Shown in pieces: positions 21,789 through 35,024 of a DNA stretch of 64,000 bases; positions within the stretch are counted from its first letter, which is position 1; each line of letters starts with the position of its first letter. The position numbers and the translations under genes were made by a program. The DNA lies in contig JAMWBK010000001.1 of the NCBI GenBank assembly GCA_029953675.1, positions 3,038,001 to 3,102,000 of the forward strand, written 5' to 3'. The notes beneath the pieces are model-generated. The model made no database searches. It saw only the letters and a program-made list of their open reading frames with translations, and had not been told where the DNA came from. This DNA is from Rhodosorus marinus CCMP1338. Taxonomy: Eukaryota; Plantae; Rhodophyta.

Positions 21789-22271
21789 CCTTGGAAAATC
21801 AATTCCAGTAAATATCCTCCATCCCTCAGCACACACAGGCCTAAAGTTCTTTCCAAGCTGAGCCAGCACTTAACCGAAACAAGCCCGATCCTAGTGCGAG
21901 TTTCAGTCCCAGCTACCTTTACCCCTCCTGCGCCTCCACTGCGGGCACGACTACTGCCTCTCCACGCTCAGCTCATCCCCAGGCAACGCACGCGCCACCG
22001 GATGGCAGCTCCTGGTGTGTTGCCAAATAGAGACTATTCGGAATTAAATCCATAGAAAACGTTGACTGGAATCTATTGTCTACTTAGCCTATCCGTTTTA
22101 TTCTGCTCGGGCTGTTATTTCCGTCCAAAAAAAAACGTCCAACAATTCCCAATAACATATAATATATCACATAGGTCCGAAAAAAGTTTACCATACCTGA
22201 AATTATGTAATTAATAGGGGATTTAACTTTTGGGTCGTGTCCGATACAAGTTTATACTATAAAGAAGAAAC

Positions 22272-22455
22272 ATCAAACATCAATCGGTCGTTATCGGACA
22301 ATTATCGGACGAACTAAGTTTTTTGCTTCCCTATTTAGGTCCTAAATTGACCCCCCCGATATAGGATTGCCGATAAATTATAGGACCTAGATAAGAAAGC
22401 AAAAAAAAATTAATTCGTCCGATAATTGTCCGATAACGACGGATTGATGCCTGAC
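22272..22455. mobile_element. MITE-like foldback element with TATCGGAC sub-repeats
   Basis: Arms of ~65-70 bp; the outer 36 bp differ by 1 mismatch (CATCAATCGGTCGTTATCGGACAATTATCGGACGAA versus its reverse complement at ~22414-22449); no TSD seen. Confidence 0.7.
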
Positions 22456-25321
22456 AATTCCTCAATCAATAACAACTATTGATTGTGCCTCAATCTTCGT
22501 CTTCGGGGAAGTTGACGGGCGGGAACTGCTTTGTGCGCGATTCCCAGGTTAATCACTCCCCTCCCAGTCTGAGCATTTTGAAAATGCCATTAAATTGTAG
22601 TGAACCGTTCGGGACCTCAGAAGTAACCTTAATTCAATACATGAGAGTAAACAGCTTGTCATTTGATAAATGCTCATAATTCAATATCCACTCGCCGTGA
22701 GATCCTTTACTATTCGACTAGGGCTGATTGAATATCGGACGTTCTATCGGACTAGCAGTGGGAGTTTTTTTAGTAGTAATTCCACTCAAATACGCGATCT
22801 TTCTAATGTTTTTCAATAGTCTATCGTCCGGTATGAGACAGCCCGATCAGAATCTTCGGAGCATTGGGGATTGGGGGTGCCTAATTTATCTTATTGGGTG
22901 GAAATAGACGTTGGAGATTTTGTGGGGACGATGTCTGGATTACCTCGAGAAGGGGGCTCGGCTGCGTCCTGGTTTCCAGATACTAGCCCGTACTATTCCC
23001 GTTAGAAGTTGAAATATATTGGATTGTTCATGAGCCAGACTATATCGCCATTCCCGGCAATCAATTGGCGGATGCCGGATGAAACAACCGTAGAATATTT
23101 AAGCACTGTACCCAATTGGCCATAAAGAGGCTAATTAGCAGATCAATTTTTGATTTCTGGCAAAGGAGCGCGCACGGGAGGCAACAGCACGTGTCGCGGA
23201 GCTCCTCTAGCATAGCTTTCGGAGGGGACAAGTTCATGCACTTGTTTTTAAAATGATTGATATTCGTTTTGAAATCCTCTTGTTCGCCGCAAATCCACCT
23301 TTCGGATTAGTTATTGATTGTTGACGGAAAGCCGGTGTAGTGTGACTGACTGACTCAGCGCTGTGTTTCTTGGACGAACCACTTACTGGTCCTTTATTGG
23401 GTTTCTGGCGAGTGATATGAGCTATGATTGGGCGCGTCAATGTCACCCTCAAATATTTCTTAGGTTCGTTTTATTCAAAAAGGTTACTATTTGTAATAAC
23501 TATTCAATGGTCTCTTTCTATCGGGAATCTTCAAAGATCTTAAAAGATTCTGTTTTTGTCTCAGAAATCAATAAATAATTAAGAACGAGGCTCCTCATGA
23601 CGAAACGAATGTTTTCAAAGAATATTAACGGAGCAGGAGGGAATATGGACGTCGTGCGTCCAATTTCAACGAGGTTGGGTGGACTGCGGTGTACTGTAAA
23701 CAATAAACATTGGATTCAGCTCGTCCCTCACAGGAATATTCTCTCGCGACAATCTATGCATGTATATCCGCACGCCGAATACCCCCACACCTCCGGCGAA
23801 TAGCCTTTGCTCAGGACAAACTTCCTTGGGGAAGTTGCTCCTCGTAAGCATAGGGGTGCTGACCAACGGGCGAGCAATGGATCACAATCAGCCCATACCA
23901 TTGCGAAACAAATTTCTGTCCAAGAAGCAAAATCCACTAGCTCACGGTTAAGCAAAGAGAAGCGAATGAGATGAATGGCTTCATGGCGAAAACTCCTGCG
24001 AATACAGTGCACTACGCTCTAAATGGACCCTTTTTTCGCCAACATCCATTTGATGCGTTGCCAAGAACAGGGCATCCCCCTCTACCGCAGGTGCCTGTTC
24101 TAGTCCTCACCCCTGGAATTTTGAGCGTCAGAATTTGATGTCTTCGTTCTGTCATTCCATAAGATTTTTCAGCTTGATGGGAATCTCGACTCTCAATACA
24201 TATCTTCTATCTCCAAGGAGAATCAGTACCGTCGATGTATGTAGGAACCAATGTCCATTGCAAAGGGTATATAGCAGAGTTGTCGCGGGGTCGGGTTTTT
24301 CGCAGTTTACCCCTCCAAACCCCCCTGTTTTCGCGAGTTTAAACCACCTCTGGGTCGTAAACAGCAAAAAACCCGACGCACTAGGAGGCGGGCATACTCG
24401 GAGTGAACTGAAGCCCTGCAGACCACCAAAAGCGTTGATTCTGCAATGAAACCAAATCTCAGTTCGTTGTTGCTCGGTCTGCATATGCTTCCCTCCATTC
24501 AACGGAAGCTGTTGAGAGCTCCGTTTAATCGGATGCTAAGGCTCCCGAACAGGGAGGACGCCCACATAACCAAGGCAGCGTTACAGCGCCAGAGTTCGAA
24601 TAAAACAGAGTTTCAGATTAAAAAGAAGCGTACAGTCGAGGAAGAGCATAGAGGCGATCACGGTAACATTCCCACAACCAAGCACCCCGAACGAAAACGA
24701 ACGCTTCAGCGTACGATGATTGCTTATGAGAAGTGCGGCTTAGCATGCAATTTAGTGTTTGGCCATAAACTATCATCATGACGTTCAGTGGTGCTCGCCA
24801 ACGGAACTCACCTAACACGGTTGGGATATTTTGTACGTAGTCGCAACAGGTCGACTTGTGTCCTAACCGAAGATGTCTATGTTTAGATGTCTCGTATCCC
24901 TTCTGGCGATAAGGAGCACTCAACCCGATAAGGAAACAGGAAAAGATAAAATTCTTCAAGCCGGAAGCAAGCTAAATATCTTGACCGTTATTTACGCTCA
25001 AGGGCAAAGCACACTGTGTTAATCAACGATGTGGAGTGAAGCCTTCTCATCGACAGTTTGTACACGTTTCTAAGGCTCTAGGGAGTAGTAGGGCTAAAAA
25101 CTTCGGGAACCTCCCAAAGGTGTTGGAAGGTGTCAGGGAGCTAGTGCTGGTTCGGGTACTGTCGATCGCACAGAACAGGGGGGTGGGTGCGGCACGCTAG
25201 GTTTGACTTGGTAAGGTTAAAAGTTTTTCTTGTGAAAGCGTATGAGGGGATTCCTGGGGTCGTCCATTTTGAGGAGGAGAAAAATAAGATGAGAACGTAG
25301 GCGCATCTGCAGGTGTAAATA

Positions 25322-27058
25322 ATGAAACGCTGGAAAATCTGGGCGCTGGGTTTGCTTGTCTTGTCAGTTGTGGCGATTCCGCTCGAGGAGGATTCTGCAC
25401 CGCTGAAACTGAGGTTGGTGAAGAAAAATGTGAATAGAGTCCTAAGTCGCCGGCTGGTTGAGCACGAACCAAAGTGGAGGCATGTCAGGCGAACCGAGCG
25501 AGTTGGTCTAGATGGGACGGTCAGGACCGACGCCGCAATGGTTGCCATCCATGGCGGAATAACTGCGGTCGGTAAGTATCCATGGAAGCGATTCAAGTGC
25601 GCGCTTGCACGCAGCCTGTTCATAGGTCAATGCTCTGTATAGGAATGTACTATTCATACGTCATCGTGGGGGGTCAAAAGGTTGACCTCCAAATCGATAC
25701 TGGATCAGCCATGATGGCGCTCCCCCAACTGGACTGCTCGTCATGTAGAAAAGGCGATAATCGGTACAACCCAAGCAAGAGCAGCACCAGCTCAGAGGTG
25801 CAATGCCAGGACAAAAAATGCTCGTCGTCCAGCTATGGCGGGTGCACTGGAAACTTGTGCAAATTCAGCCTCGCCTATGCGGATTCTGCCTACGCGAACG
25901 GTGTTCTTATGTGCGATACTGTTGATTGGGGTAAGTTCTCGTTCGATGCACATGATAATTTGTTCTCTAAGAGTAGCGCCAGCTTGGAGAACGGGGTTAC
26001 AGGGAGTTATAGCCTCCGTCTAATGCTTCTCTGTCTTCGCTTGTTCCAAATTCACTTAGGTCAAGCGAAAGGCATCGATGCGTGCTTTGGAGCGATCACG
26101 AAAGAATCAGCAAACTTTGAAAGAGACCAAGTTGACGGAATACTGGGTATTGCGGGGGAATCACTCTCATGCAACCCATCATGCATTACCCCATTGTTTG
26201 ACGCCGCGCTGGAACAGAAGAAGATAAGAAAGAACATGTTTACGGTCTGTATGGACGAGAAAGGAGGAAGGTGAGAATTCTGTGTGACAATTTAGCCAAA
26301 TTCAGCTGGCGCTTAACAGCTGAGATGCATGTTTCCCCTCATTTTTGCCATCAGTCTGAGCCTGGGAGCTGCGGATGAGAGCGTTTTCGAGGATAAGGAT
26401 AAAATTGCTTATATCCCAATGGAGGAGTCATCATTTTATGAGATCAAATTGGACAGCGAAAAAAAAGGGGGTCAGATCAAGGTTGGGAACGTCGAAATCA
26501 TTTCCACGGTGCATAAAGTTGTGGTTGACACCGGTAAGAATCTTGCACGAACGTGTTGAGCTGCATAAACATTGTCGGCAGCTTTGGGCTGTATCTGAAA
26601 AGCTTGATTATTTGTCCACCATTCTGTCTACCTCTTCGGAAGGAACGACTCTGCTCAGTGTACCGAAAAGCGTCTTCGACAAGATGAAGGCAGTTTTCTT
26701 ACAGAGTTACTGTAGTGTAAAAGGCCTCTGCGGGGACGACTCGTGGTTTGATTCTGGACTCTGCGAAACGTTTGACCCCGCCGAGGAGGATGATATCCTT
26801 GACAACCAGCTCCCGGTTATCACATTGAGACTCAAAGGCGGTTTCATTATAGAACTAACTCCCAGAGATTACCTCTTGAGCTATGAATTCGGAAACGAGC
26901 ACTACATGTGTCTAGGAATAATGTACTTGGCGGGAACCAGCCATGAATTTCTGCTTGGAAACACCGTTAATCTGAAATACTCAATGATTTATGATCGTGA
27001 AAACCATCGACTGGGGATAGGAAAACGAGCGGCCTCCTGCACTGATGTAAAAGAATGA
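25322..27058 (+). CDS. Secreted pepsin-like (A1) aspartic protease, multi-exon
   Basis: Signal peptide; IDTGSA and intron-split VDT|GTT catalytic motifs; DGILG; LGNT..YSMIYDREN.RLG terminus. Confidence 0.93.
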
Positions 27059-27520
27059 CGAATGTCTCCTTAGAACGTTAGTTATCGTTGGTAAACGTTA
27101 GAAGCCCCATGAATGGAACGACTTTCTGTGCGCTAGTTGTCTATAGGCTCCGAGTTCCCGGGAGAGTCGAACCCCTTTACGGAGAGCGAGGTGCAAGACG
27201 GTTACCATCAGGGCATTTAGCACTTTTATTTCTACTTCCGCAATCGGGACACTGCAACCGAATATATACTTACTTAACGGCGGCAACGGACAGGGCTGGT
27301 TGAGCAGGAGCATTCCTCCTTTTCACTCGAAACAAAGTTGTGTTGGTTTCTGCTAAAATAAATTCTTCAACGGTTCATAACACTTTCGAAAAAGTACTAT
27401 GAACCGTTGAAGAATACTCGCAGCTCGTGATCGCCCTTTGCAAAATCGTCGAAGATTGCAACACCTCAACTTGACACGAGCAAACGGAACGTGACGATTA
27501 CGTTCATACCGAATAAAAAA

Positions 27521-27593
27521 TGGAGATGCCGGGCTTCGATCCCGGTACCTCGCGCATGCTAAGCGCGCACTCTACCAATTGAGCTACACCCCC
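27521..27593 (-). tRNA. tRNA-Ala(AGC)
   Basis: 73-nt cloverleaf GGGGGTGTAGCTCAATTGGTAGAG...CATCTCCA; anticodon AGC; G3:U70 Ala identity pair; followed by a T6 Pol III terminator (27515-27520). Confidence 0.97.
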
Positions 27594-27759
27594 ACGCATT
27601 GAGAACGTGAAAAATATACAGCTAATAATAAAAGTAGTTTTTGAGCGTTTTTCCAGTTCACAGGAAAATGTATTGTATCCACCCAGGAAAAGAAGGTGCC
27701 ATAGCGTCCAATAAACGTTTTTATCGATGCGGAAATAAAATAATATTCGTGTTGTCATG

Positions 27760-28735
27760 GGCTGTCCGATAGCATTTTTCGGACGGTTCGATATTTTTTG
27801 AAGTGGATACACTATCGAAAAGCAGTATAAAAGTGTCCCGCGTCGCATTGAAAGTCTTCGAAAAAACAGGTCTGATTAGTGGTCCGATATTCAATCAACC
27901 TTGGATAATCCGCAGAACTTAATCCCTAGGTTCAAATTCCTTGGAACTGGTTCATACTTTCACGCCCTCCTCAGAAGATAGTTGGCCACCGCCTTCTCTC
28001 CTCTTTCTACCCCTTGCTCTGTTCCTTACGCGATGGCTACTCGGACTTGGAGATATTCTTAGCTGGTCAACAACCTGCTGCTTGTGCGAGTGATTAGTCG
28101 AGCGAGAGTCCCAAAGCCTCTAACGAAAACCGCGCAGAAAGAGGTCAGACAGCACCACAGAACACAAAAATTCCACTGCCATATTATTCAGAGTACTCTA
28201 TAGCCATTGAACAAAAATCTCGATTAGTCTCTCGCTAGGAAGCCTTCGCTTTCAGAGACGGTTCAGCTTCAAAGAACACGCGATTAATAAAACCGAATTG
28301 AATGGAATGGAAGCCTTCCAAGAACCTAGGTCGCGATTAGCTGCATAATCAATCCGCTTCCTCCTCTCCTTTTGCTAGACTCCGATGGCGTCGATCAAGC
28401 TCGCTTAGCGTTCATCACGGATCACGGTGGACTACTGATTCTGAGCATTGTGAGAAACCTAAAACCTGTAAACAAACGATGAGATTGTAGTTGACAGCCT
28501 GTCTATATGAAAAATAATCAAAATGGCATACATGAAAGTGACTGCCTATCATAGCGAAAAGTAATCATACTTCAATAGTATTTAGAAATGATTGATTATT
28601 ACGCTAACGTTGATTGAATATTGGACGTTATATCGGACGGGAAACCCACCGTTTTCTTTTCATAACTGTAATCAGACGCTGCTAATCTTCTAGATTTATC
28701 TTACGGTCCATCCGGGAAACTTTTATCGGACGGTT
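27760..28735. mobile_element. Putative degraded TIR/MITE-family element bounded by TATCGGAC-rich inverted repeats
   Basis: GTCCGATATTCAATCAA (27882-27898) versus TTGATTGAATATTGGAC (28611-28627), 1 mismatch; further motif copies outside both arms. Confidence 0.45.
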
Positions 28736-28929
28736 TATGACTTTTCCGTATGAACAGGTTGCTGGATATGACACTTAAACGTAATCGAGAAAACGTGAAG
28801 GTCGGGGATGCTCGGTTGCGCGCGCCGGGGCCACTGGCGCGATTGTACGAAGTCTGAGTTTAGAAGGTTGAGTAGCTAGTGAATGCGCCGAAAAGCAGAG
28901 GGGGAGTTTGCATATAGAAGAGATTTAGA

Positions 28930-29748
28930 ATGTCGGCGTCAAAGACAGACAAGCTAGGTATGCTGAGAACGAAAGCTCGTGCTTTGCCTTTTCATTGTGT
29001 GTTGAGTGGACTTAATTGCGGTTTAGCACTGGACGCTTCCTCCTTTTTTGTAGACATTGGAGCGCGAAGGAGGGGTGACCCTCTTAAATTCCCGCACAAA
29101 TGCAACACGCGCAAGTGTTCTGATTGATTCCATTCTGTTTGTGCTTTTTCTCTCGCTCGGTGCAGTGCCGAATGCAGGAAACGGCGGTGAGACTGAGAAA
29201 TACAAATGGACTCAGACCCTTGCAGATTTGAATGTTGGGATAAAGTTCCCCGTACTACCCAATAAGAAGAGTATTTCCTGTATAATAGAAGAATCTAGGA
29301 TCTCCGTTGGTGTTCTGGGACAGGACCCGATACTTAGCGGAGAACTATTTGCGAACGTGAACGCTGACGAGTCATTTTGGCAATTGGATCGCGATGAGAG
29401 CACCTTGGAACTCTACTTGGAGAAGGAGAATAAAATGGAATGGTGGAAATCTGTGGTTAAAGGTGAGATCTGCAGTACCTATTGTACTCCGAGCGTGTTT
29501 TGATGTATGGTAATTGTTTTTGTGTTGCAGGTGAACCTGAACTTGACACCACGAAAGTAGAACCAGAGAATTCAAAACTCTCAGATTTGGATGGGGAAAC
29601 TCGAGGCATGGTTGAGAAGATGATGTTCGACCAGAGACAAAAAGCTTCTGGGCTTCCAACAAGCGATGAACTCCAAAAAGAGCAGATGTTTGAAAAGTTC
29701 AAGTCGCAGCACCCGGAGATGGACTTCAGCAATGTAAAATTTAGTTGA
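28930..29748 (+). CDS. NUDC: NudC/BOB-like CS-domain co-chaperone (3 exons)
   Basis: [64 protein letters not shown]. Confidence 0.92.
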
Positions 29749-30414
29749 GAAAAGAATCGAGAATTCTGAAAAGCGGTAGTGCGCCTGCAGAACCAGAAGT
29801 GCCCACCCAATACTTTGTGGAGTGTTCAAAAGTGGATGTGAGGGAAAATAAACGCGAATGAACATACTTTGCCGTCGGGGCGAGGCCTCTTCTATTCGAC
29901 GCCGTGATGTGATTCGTGTGCAAGATAAAAAACCCTAGCAAAACCTCACCAGACCTTATTCTAGCATATTTTAGTGTTCTGGGAAACCTTCGCCTCCCGA
30001 GAGCATCACTTAGAAAGTCTTGGATCCACAACAGGAACATGTCCAGGAACCCATCTAAACTAGTATCGCGACTTCAAATACTCCCAAGCTCTCAAGGCAG
30101 GAGCACAATTTGCAAAACCCCTTTAGGACGCGAGACATCCAGCTACACAGACCACTCAATTGCTTCCCCAAAGCGCACCGTGTACGGGTATTCAGTTCCG
30201 CAAGAAATCCAAAATCCTGTTTTTTTTTTACGAACTCGCTATCGATTTCTGCCTACGGATCGAGCGTTTTTAATGCGAAGACATCTATCCATGGCAAAAG
30301 GCGGCTTCGCAACCGAAAACCTCAAACCTACATGACACTTAGAAAATGAGATCTAAACAAAGAAAAGTACAATGCAACCGCTTATTAATGTCTTATTTTC
30401 TCCATAAGCTGGAA

Positions 30415-30488
30415 GCCGGCGTAGCTCAGTCGGCTAGAGCGCCAGGCTTTTAACCTGGTGGTCGAGGGTTCGAGCCCCTCCGCCGGCG
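30415..30488 (+). tRNA. tRNA-Lys(UUU)
   Basis: GCCGGCG/CGCCGGC acceptor stem, CCAGG-CT-TTT-AA-CCTGG anticodon arm, GGTTCGAGCCC T-arm, downstream T-tract. Confidence 0.97.
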
Positions 30489-30756
30489 GAATATTTAATT
30501 TTTAGTCCCGCCTCGGTAATGTCTACCTGGAGTTCTCTGAGCATTGTGGTCGAAATTTGCACATCATGTCTGAAAAGGTTGCAGTAATTCGCGGACCCAT
30601 TTCATCTCTATTGAACCCTATCCCTTGCCACGAAAGTCCCAAGCCTCTGGCGTCCTTTGTTTCCCTTCCACCCTTTGTTTTAGTAGTGAGGACTAAAACT
30701 TGTGGCGAATTGGTTTCCATAGAGACGACAAGCTAACGGCTTCGACTATCTCATCA

Positions 30757-31440
30757 GAGTAATACAGCTGAAACTGCTGAATCAATGCCAGCGTTTGGCT
30801 GCGCTAGGTATAACTTTAAAGATTCCAACAAACGAGCGAGTCCCATATCGGTCCCGGGTACTGACAAGCCGCGATACAAGTCAGTGATCCTGTCGTTGAC
30901 ACTGAAACACTTGTTACCAATTAGTTGTTAGTGGCGGTTTGATTTCACTAAGCTCGACGTTGAAGGTGCGTGTTTTGAATTGGTGATTGCAAGGCTGATC
31001 ATAACCTGGATAACGTAGGCTACAGCGTATTCTAGGAGGCGAACATGGTGGGAACTACTTCGTGATTAAATTGAGTATTTGACCTCGCTGAGAAGGTGGT
31101 TGGGCGGACATGTGAGGACTGATCGCGAGTGTTCGTTTTTCTTGGTTGAACTGACCTTGGCAGTCGTACACAAAACGCAACGCAGCGATTGCCCAGCATT
31201 CTGATTCTTGAATTACCGTTTTCAAGTACGTGAGCACTGGCTCCTTCAAGTTCGGCTTGATATCAACGGGAGACTCATTCTAGGAGCATTGACGGAAGGC
31301 AGATTTAGCCTGGTCAGCACCAGTGAGACAGACGAGTGCTTAGGAACGGTCCCGGAGATTGCTTTTGAAGAGACTTGAGGTAGAGGCAGACTGCCGAGTG
31401 GAGGTTGTTAGGGTGAACCAAGTCGTTGTGAAAGGGTTAT
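30757..31440 (-). CDS. Possible spliced hypothetical gene divergent from TFIIF-beta
   Basis: Two open exon-like segments after CTCCTAG acceptors (NESPVDIKPNLKEPVL...; RYPGYDQPCNHQFKTRTF...SAVSAVLL*); start not resolved. Confidence 0.3.
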
Positions 31441-31483
31441 CAAAACGGATTGGCTTTTTCGAAGTAGATAAGGAATTCAGGGA

Positions 31484-32514
31484 ATGAAGCGAGGATCAGA
31501 CGAAGATGGATACGAAGAGGATGACGATGGCTTCGGGGAGTTCGCTGCTGTTGAGGAGGGTGAGAAGGTTGTTGGGAAGCGAACCGGAGAAGTAGATTTC
31601 TCTAGTTATGGAAGAGGCCTCTATCTCGTGAAGGTGCCCGCGCGAGTGATCGATGCATTGAAGAAGGGAGACGAGGGTAAGCTCCGGTTGCCGACAGCGG
31701 CGGACGAGGAGACCGGGATTGCGAAGGGAGAGCTCTTGCTTGGTGGGGACGCGGCTGAACATCCTACGAGCAAGTTTGAAGTGCAGATAAAGCCTGAAGC
31801 TCAGGACGTGATCGTCTTCAGCTCGGACAGAAAGGATGATGATGGTAAGGTTAGAATTGAGGGTAAGGTGAGCCACCAGTGTGTGGCGCGACCTGTCATC
31901 GATTCCAAATTCCGGTCTCGCCTAAAACAAAACGTCAAGTCGAAGGCCGCAGCTCCACAGAGGAAGATGCAAATCCTTAACGATGAAGAGTATCGCAAGG
32001 CCGAACACCGAGTAGTGAAGATAAAGACTGCCCAGGAGATTCGAGAACTGAAATACCAGCGGGAGCAGAAACGCAGATATGTGGATCTCCCTGAAGCGCA
32101 GTGGAAAGAGAGAACAACGACCAGGTTATTCCAGCTTTTTGAGAAGCGTTCACATTGGTAAGTGCTGTTTTGACTCTTCACAAGAGAAAATTCTTTGCCG
32201 TAGAAGATCACGGGCTTAATAGACCCATCTGAATGGGCGATCTTCTTTTCAGGTCACTCACGGAGATTGCAGATGCCCTGGATGAACCGCAGCAGCGCCT
32301 CAAAGCGCTGCTTGGGGAGGCGTGTGTCTACAATAAGAGTGGGCCTCACAGAAACATGTACGAGCTCAGGGATGAATTCAAAACGGTTGAACAGCGGAAG
32401 CAGAAAGAAGATGAGATCGAGGCAAGACGCGAAGCCCGCTTAGCTGAGCAGGAGAAACAGCGAAGACTTAGGGAGGAGAAGGAAGCGTACGAGAAACAGT
32501 TTCGGGATAAGTAA
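31484..32514 (+). CDS. GTF2F2: Transcription factor IIF beta subunit (RAP30/Tfg2), 2 exons
   Basis: LYLVKVP, IEGKVSHQC, winged helix LFQLFEKRSHW|SLTEI...LKALLGEACVYNKSGPHRNMYELRDEF. Confidence 0.92.
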
Positions 32515-32822
32515 CTACAGTGCCTAGTGCTCCCGCCAAGAGGAATGCTGATACAGCCTTCAACTGGGGGCAGCAATTCCGCGATGTTGATTTTTTTTTA
32601 TTTTTCTGTATAAAATTGATGTGTTGGTACGCATGCCGCTGGAAATCTTGATGCAGAAGCCTGCCCCAGGCGTTGGAAGGATTTTCCTGTTAAGCTTCAA
32701 GCTCATCAGCACCCTGTATGTCGCTGATTAATTTCTGCGGCCGAGTTCAGCTGTCCTGAACTTGAAGGCAGGTTCTTTCTTGACCTGATCCGTCCCAGTC
32801 GTCCTCCCGGAAGACGATTTCT

Positions 32823-33845
32823 TCACTCGTCCTTCTTAGCTACTTCAGACTCATCCGTGCCATCCCTTTCCAGTTTCTGGAGGCTCAGAGCTCGAAAACC
32901 AGATGGAAGCAGGGGGACCATGATGAACAAGATCCATTTTGCGGTCTGGATGATGTTCCATTCTAACCAGAACCGAATAAGAACAACAAGAACAGCAGCC
33001 AGAGATAGGAGGAAGATCCCTACAGAAGGAGATGCTGGTACTCGGGGGGGTAGCGCTCCCAACACGGACCAAACAATGATCAACCCAAGAAACGGGGTCA
33101 CTGTTAGAATGCAGAATAGGAAAACGATCGGTGCTGGCGCTGTCGGGACAATGGAGCTTCGATCAACTGCGAACTCAGGTTGCAGCGATTTCTTCACAGA
33201 AATGTCAAAATCGAAAGCACTTTTCAGAGGAGGACTTTCAGGTCGATTGTACACAAACAATACGTCTTCACAAACTGTCCAAATATTTACTCCATCCATC
33301 CTCACATCGCCGACGAGAATGCTCATTGTGAAAGAAGCAAAGTCACGCCAGAGCTCCGGCTCCTGAGCGGAGAACTTTTGAAAAGGCTGAGAGACGATAG
33401 ATCCGTTTGACTCAGTACCAAAATTTTCAGAAACTCAAAGCGTGCTATTTGTTGGAGGGCGGGGGGACCAAACACTTACCAAATCGGTAAGGACGCTCGA
33501 TCCGCTCTTCTTAGTGATGAAGTCTGCAAACTCACCACTGTCATTGTCGCGGAACCGTACAAAGACCTGCTTTGGGAAAACCGGAGAATCAGCATTTGAA
33601 TCAAAAAACTCCATCGAAACTTTCATTTTGTGATCCTCGGACAAAATGATTTGCGGAGAGACAGGCGGCGCATCCCATCCCTTGCTACCAAAAGCCTCAA
33701 CGTTGACTGACTTCTTCTTCTCGATCTTGGTTATCGCAAGCCTCGCTTTTCTCAACGATATCGTTGATCCGCCGACGCCATGAACCAGCAAAAGGAAGAG
33801 GATCCCAATTGTACTCAAGCGCCCTGCCACGATCTTGCACATCAT
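32823..33845 (-). CDS. RPN2: Oligosaccharyltransferase subunit ribophorin II (Swp1), 2 exons
   Basis: Signal peptide, PKQVFVRF, three C-terminal TM helices with FWLEWNIIQT and GFRALS. Confidence 0.85.
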
Positions 33846-35024
33846 CGTAGTCAAACCGCACTTTCCAAGACTGCGAGTCTATGCTCCGTTCCAAACCGTT
33901 CCGGCGAATCTTATTCGTGTGAGTCTAAAATCTCGTCTAGCAGCGACTCTCCAGCATGAGGATTGCTAACAGCTTGCACAATCCTGCCCTGCTCGCCAAC
34001 GCGTACAACCTTCCAAGCTCTGCCTTTCATTTGAGCAATACGTGCCCAGTGCCAACTGAAGAATGGTAAGGGCAGGTTCTTTGAAGCTCTGGGTGGGGTC
34101 TAGGAGCTGAGTTTTCACGTGGCTCGGATAGATTCTAACCGGTAGTCATTACTACGAAAAAATGTCGTACTCCAACGCTGTGGAACCGCAGAACTGCGTC
34201 TGTATCACAGACGGACGCCTCAGTCCAAACCCCTCGGCTTTTATTCTCGAATGAGGAGGGAGGTCATACTAACGAACATGGCTGCCAAGTTGGATTCTTA
34301 GTGGGAGCGGGTAATCAGAATCATGTGGACTACTGCAGAGAACTAACAGCAACAGGGCTATGCAACTCCTATTCTCAGGACCTGTATCATAGTCTAGAAC
34401 GATTGCTCTCGCAAAATCTCAGACACTGCGAACGTAGCTCAACTCAGCAGGTGAAACTTGACCTTGACCGGCGGATGAAAGACATTCTGAACATGGGATT
34501 CTACACTTGTTGGTATATACAGCCACGGTGAGTTCAGCTCACTTGAGTAGCTCTGAGGGATATGAAGCCCTTAGCAAAGATATATCGATTTTCTCACCCA
34601 GGAAACGAGGTTCTGAAACCCTTATGCGCTTGCGATGCATTAAGTAGCTTTCAAAAGACTTAGAAGGATCCAATGCAGCTCAGGATAGAGCCAAGGCAGC
34701 ACTCCCACCCGATCTCCTCCGTCTTCCCCAAACCCCGCCAACATTCGGTTTTTGGAAATTTTTGAGAGGGTTCTGGAGGAATAGATGTTGAAGCACGCAA
34801 ATCCAACGAGTCCGCGTCGATCGCCGGGAGGAAATGGTATTTGCTTGCATATTTGGTTTGGCGTTGGGTTGCAGAGGTCAGCGAGGTCTGCTTTGGTTTG
34901 GCGGGAGGGAGGATGGGAAACGGGGTAGATAGAGCGTGGCTACCGGATTTTGAATTTGGAGTTGTATTCTTTGAGCTTTTGCTGAGGCTTCTGCTTTGCT
35001 TTCTGCTCGGACAGCGGAGATAAA

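Noticed and set aside
23200-24960. Cluster of 60-116 aa ORFs as a transposase for the TATCGGAC family
   Set aside because: No transposase motif recognised in any frame
27504-27848. 114-aa ORF
   Set aside because: Overlaps and translates tRNA-Ala; spurious
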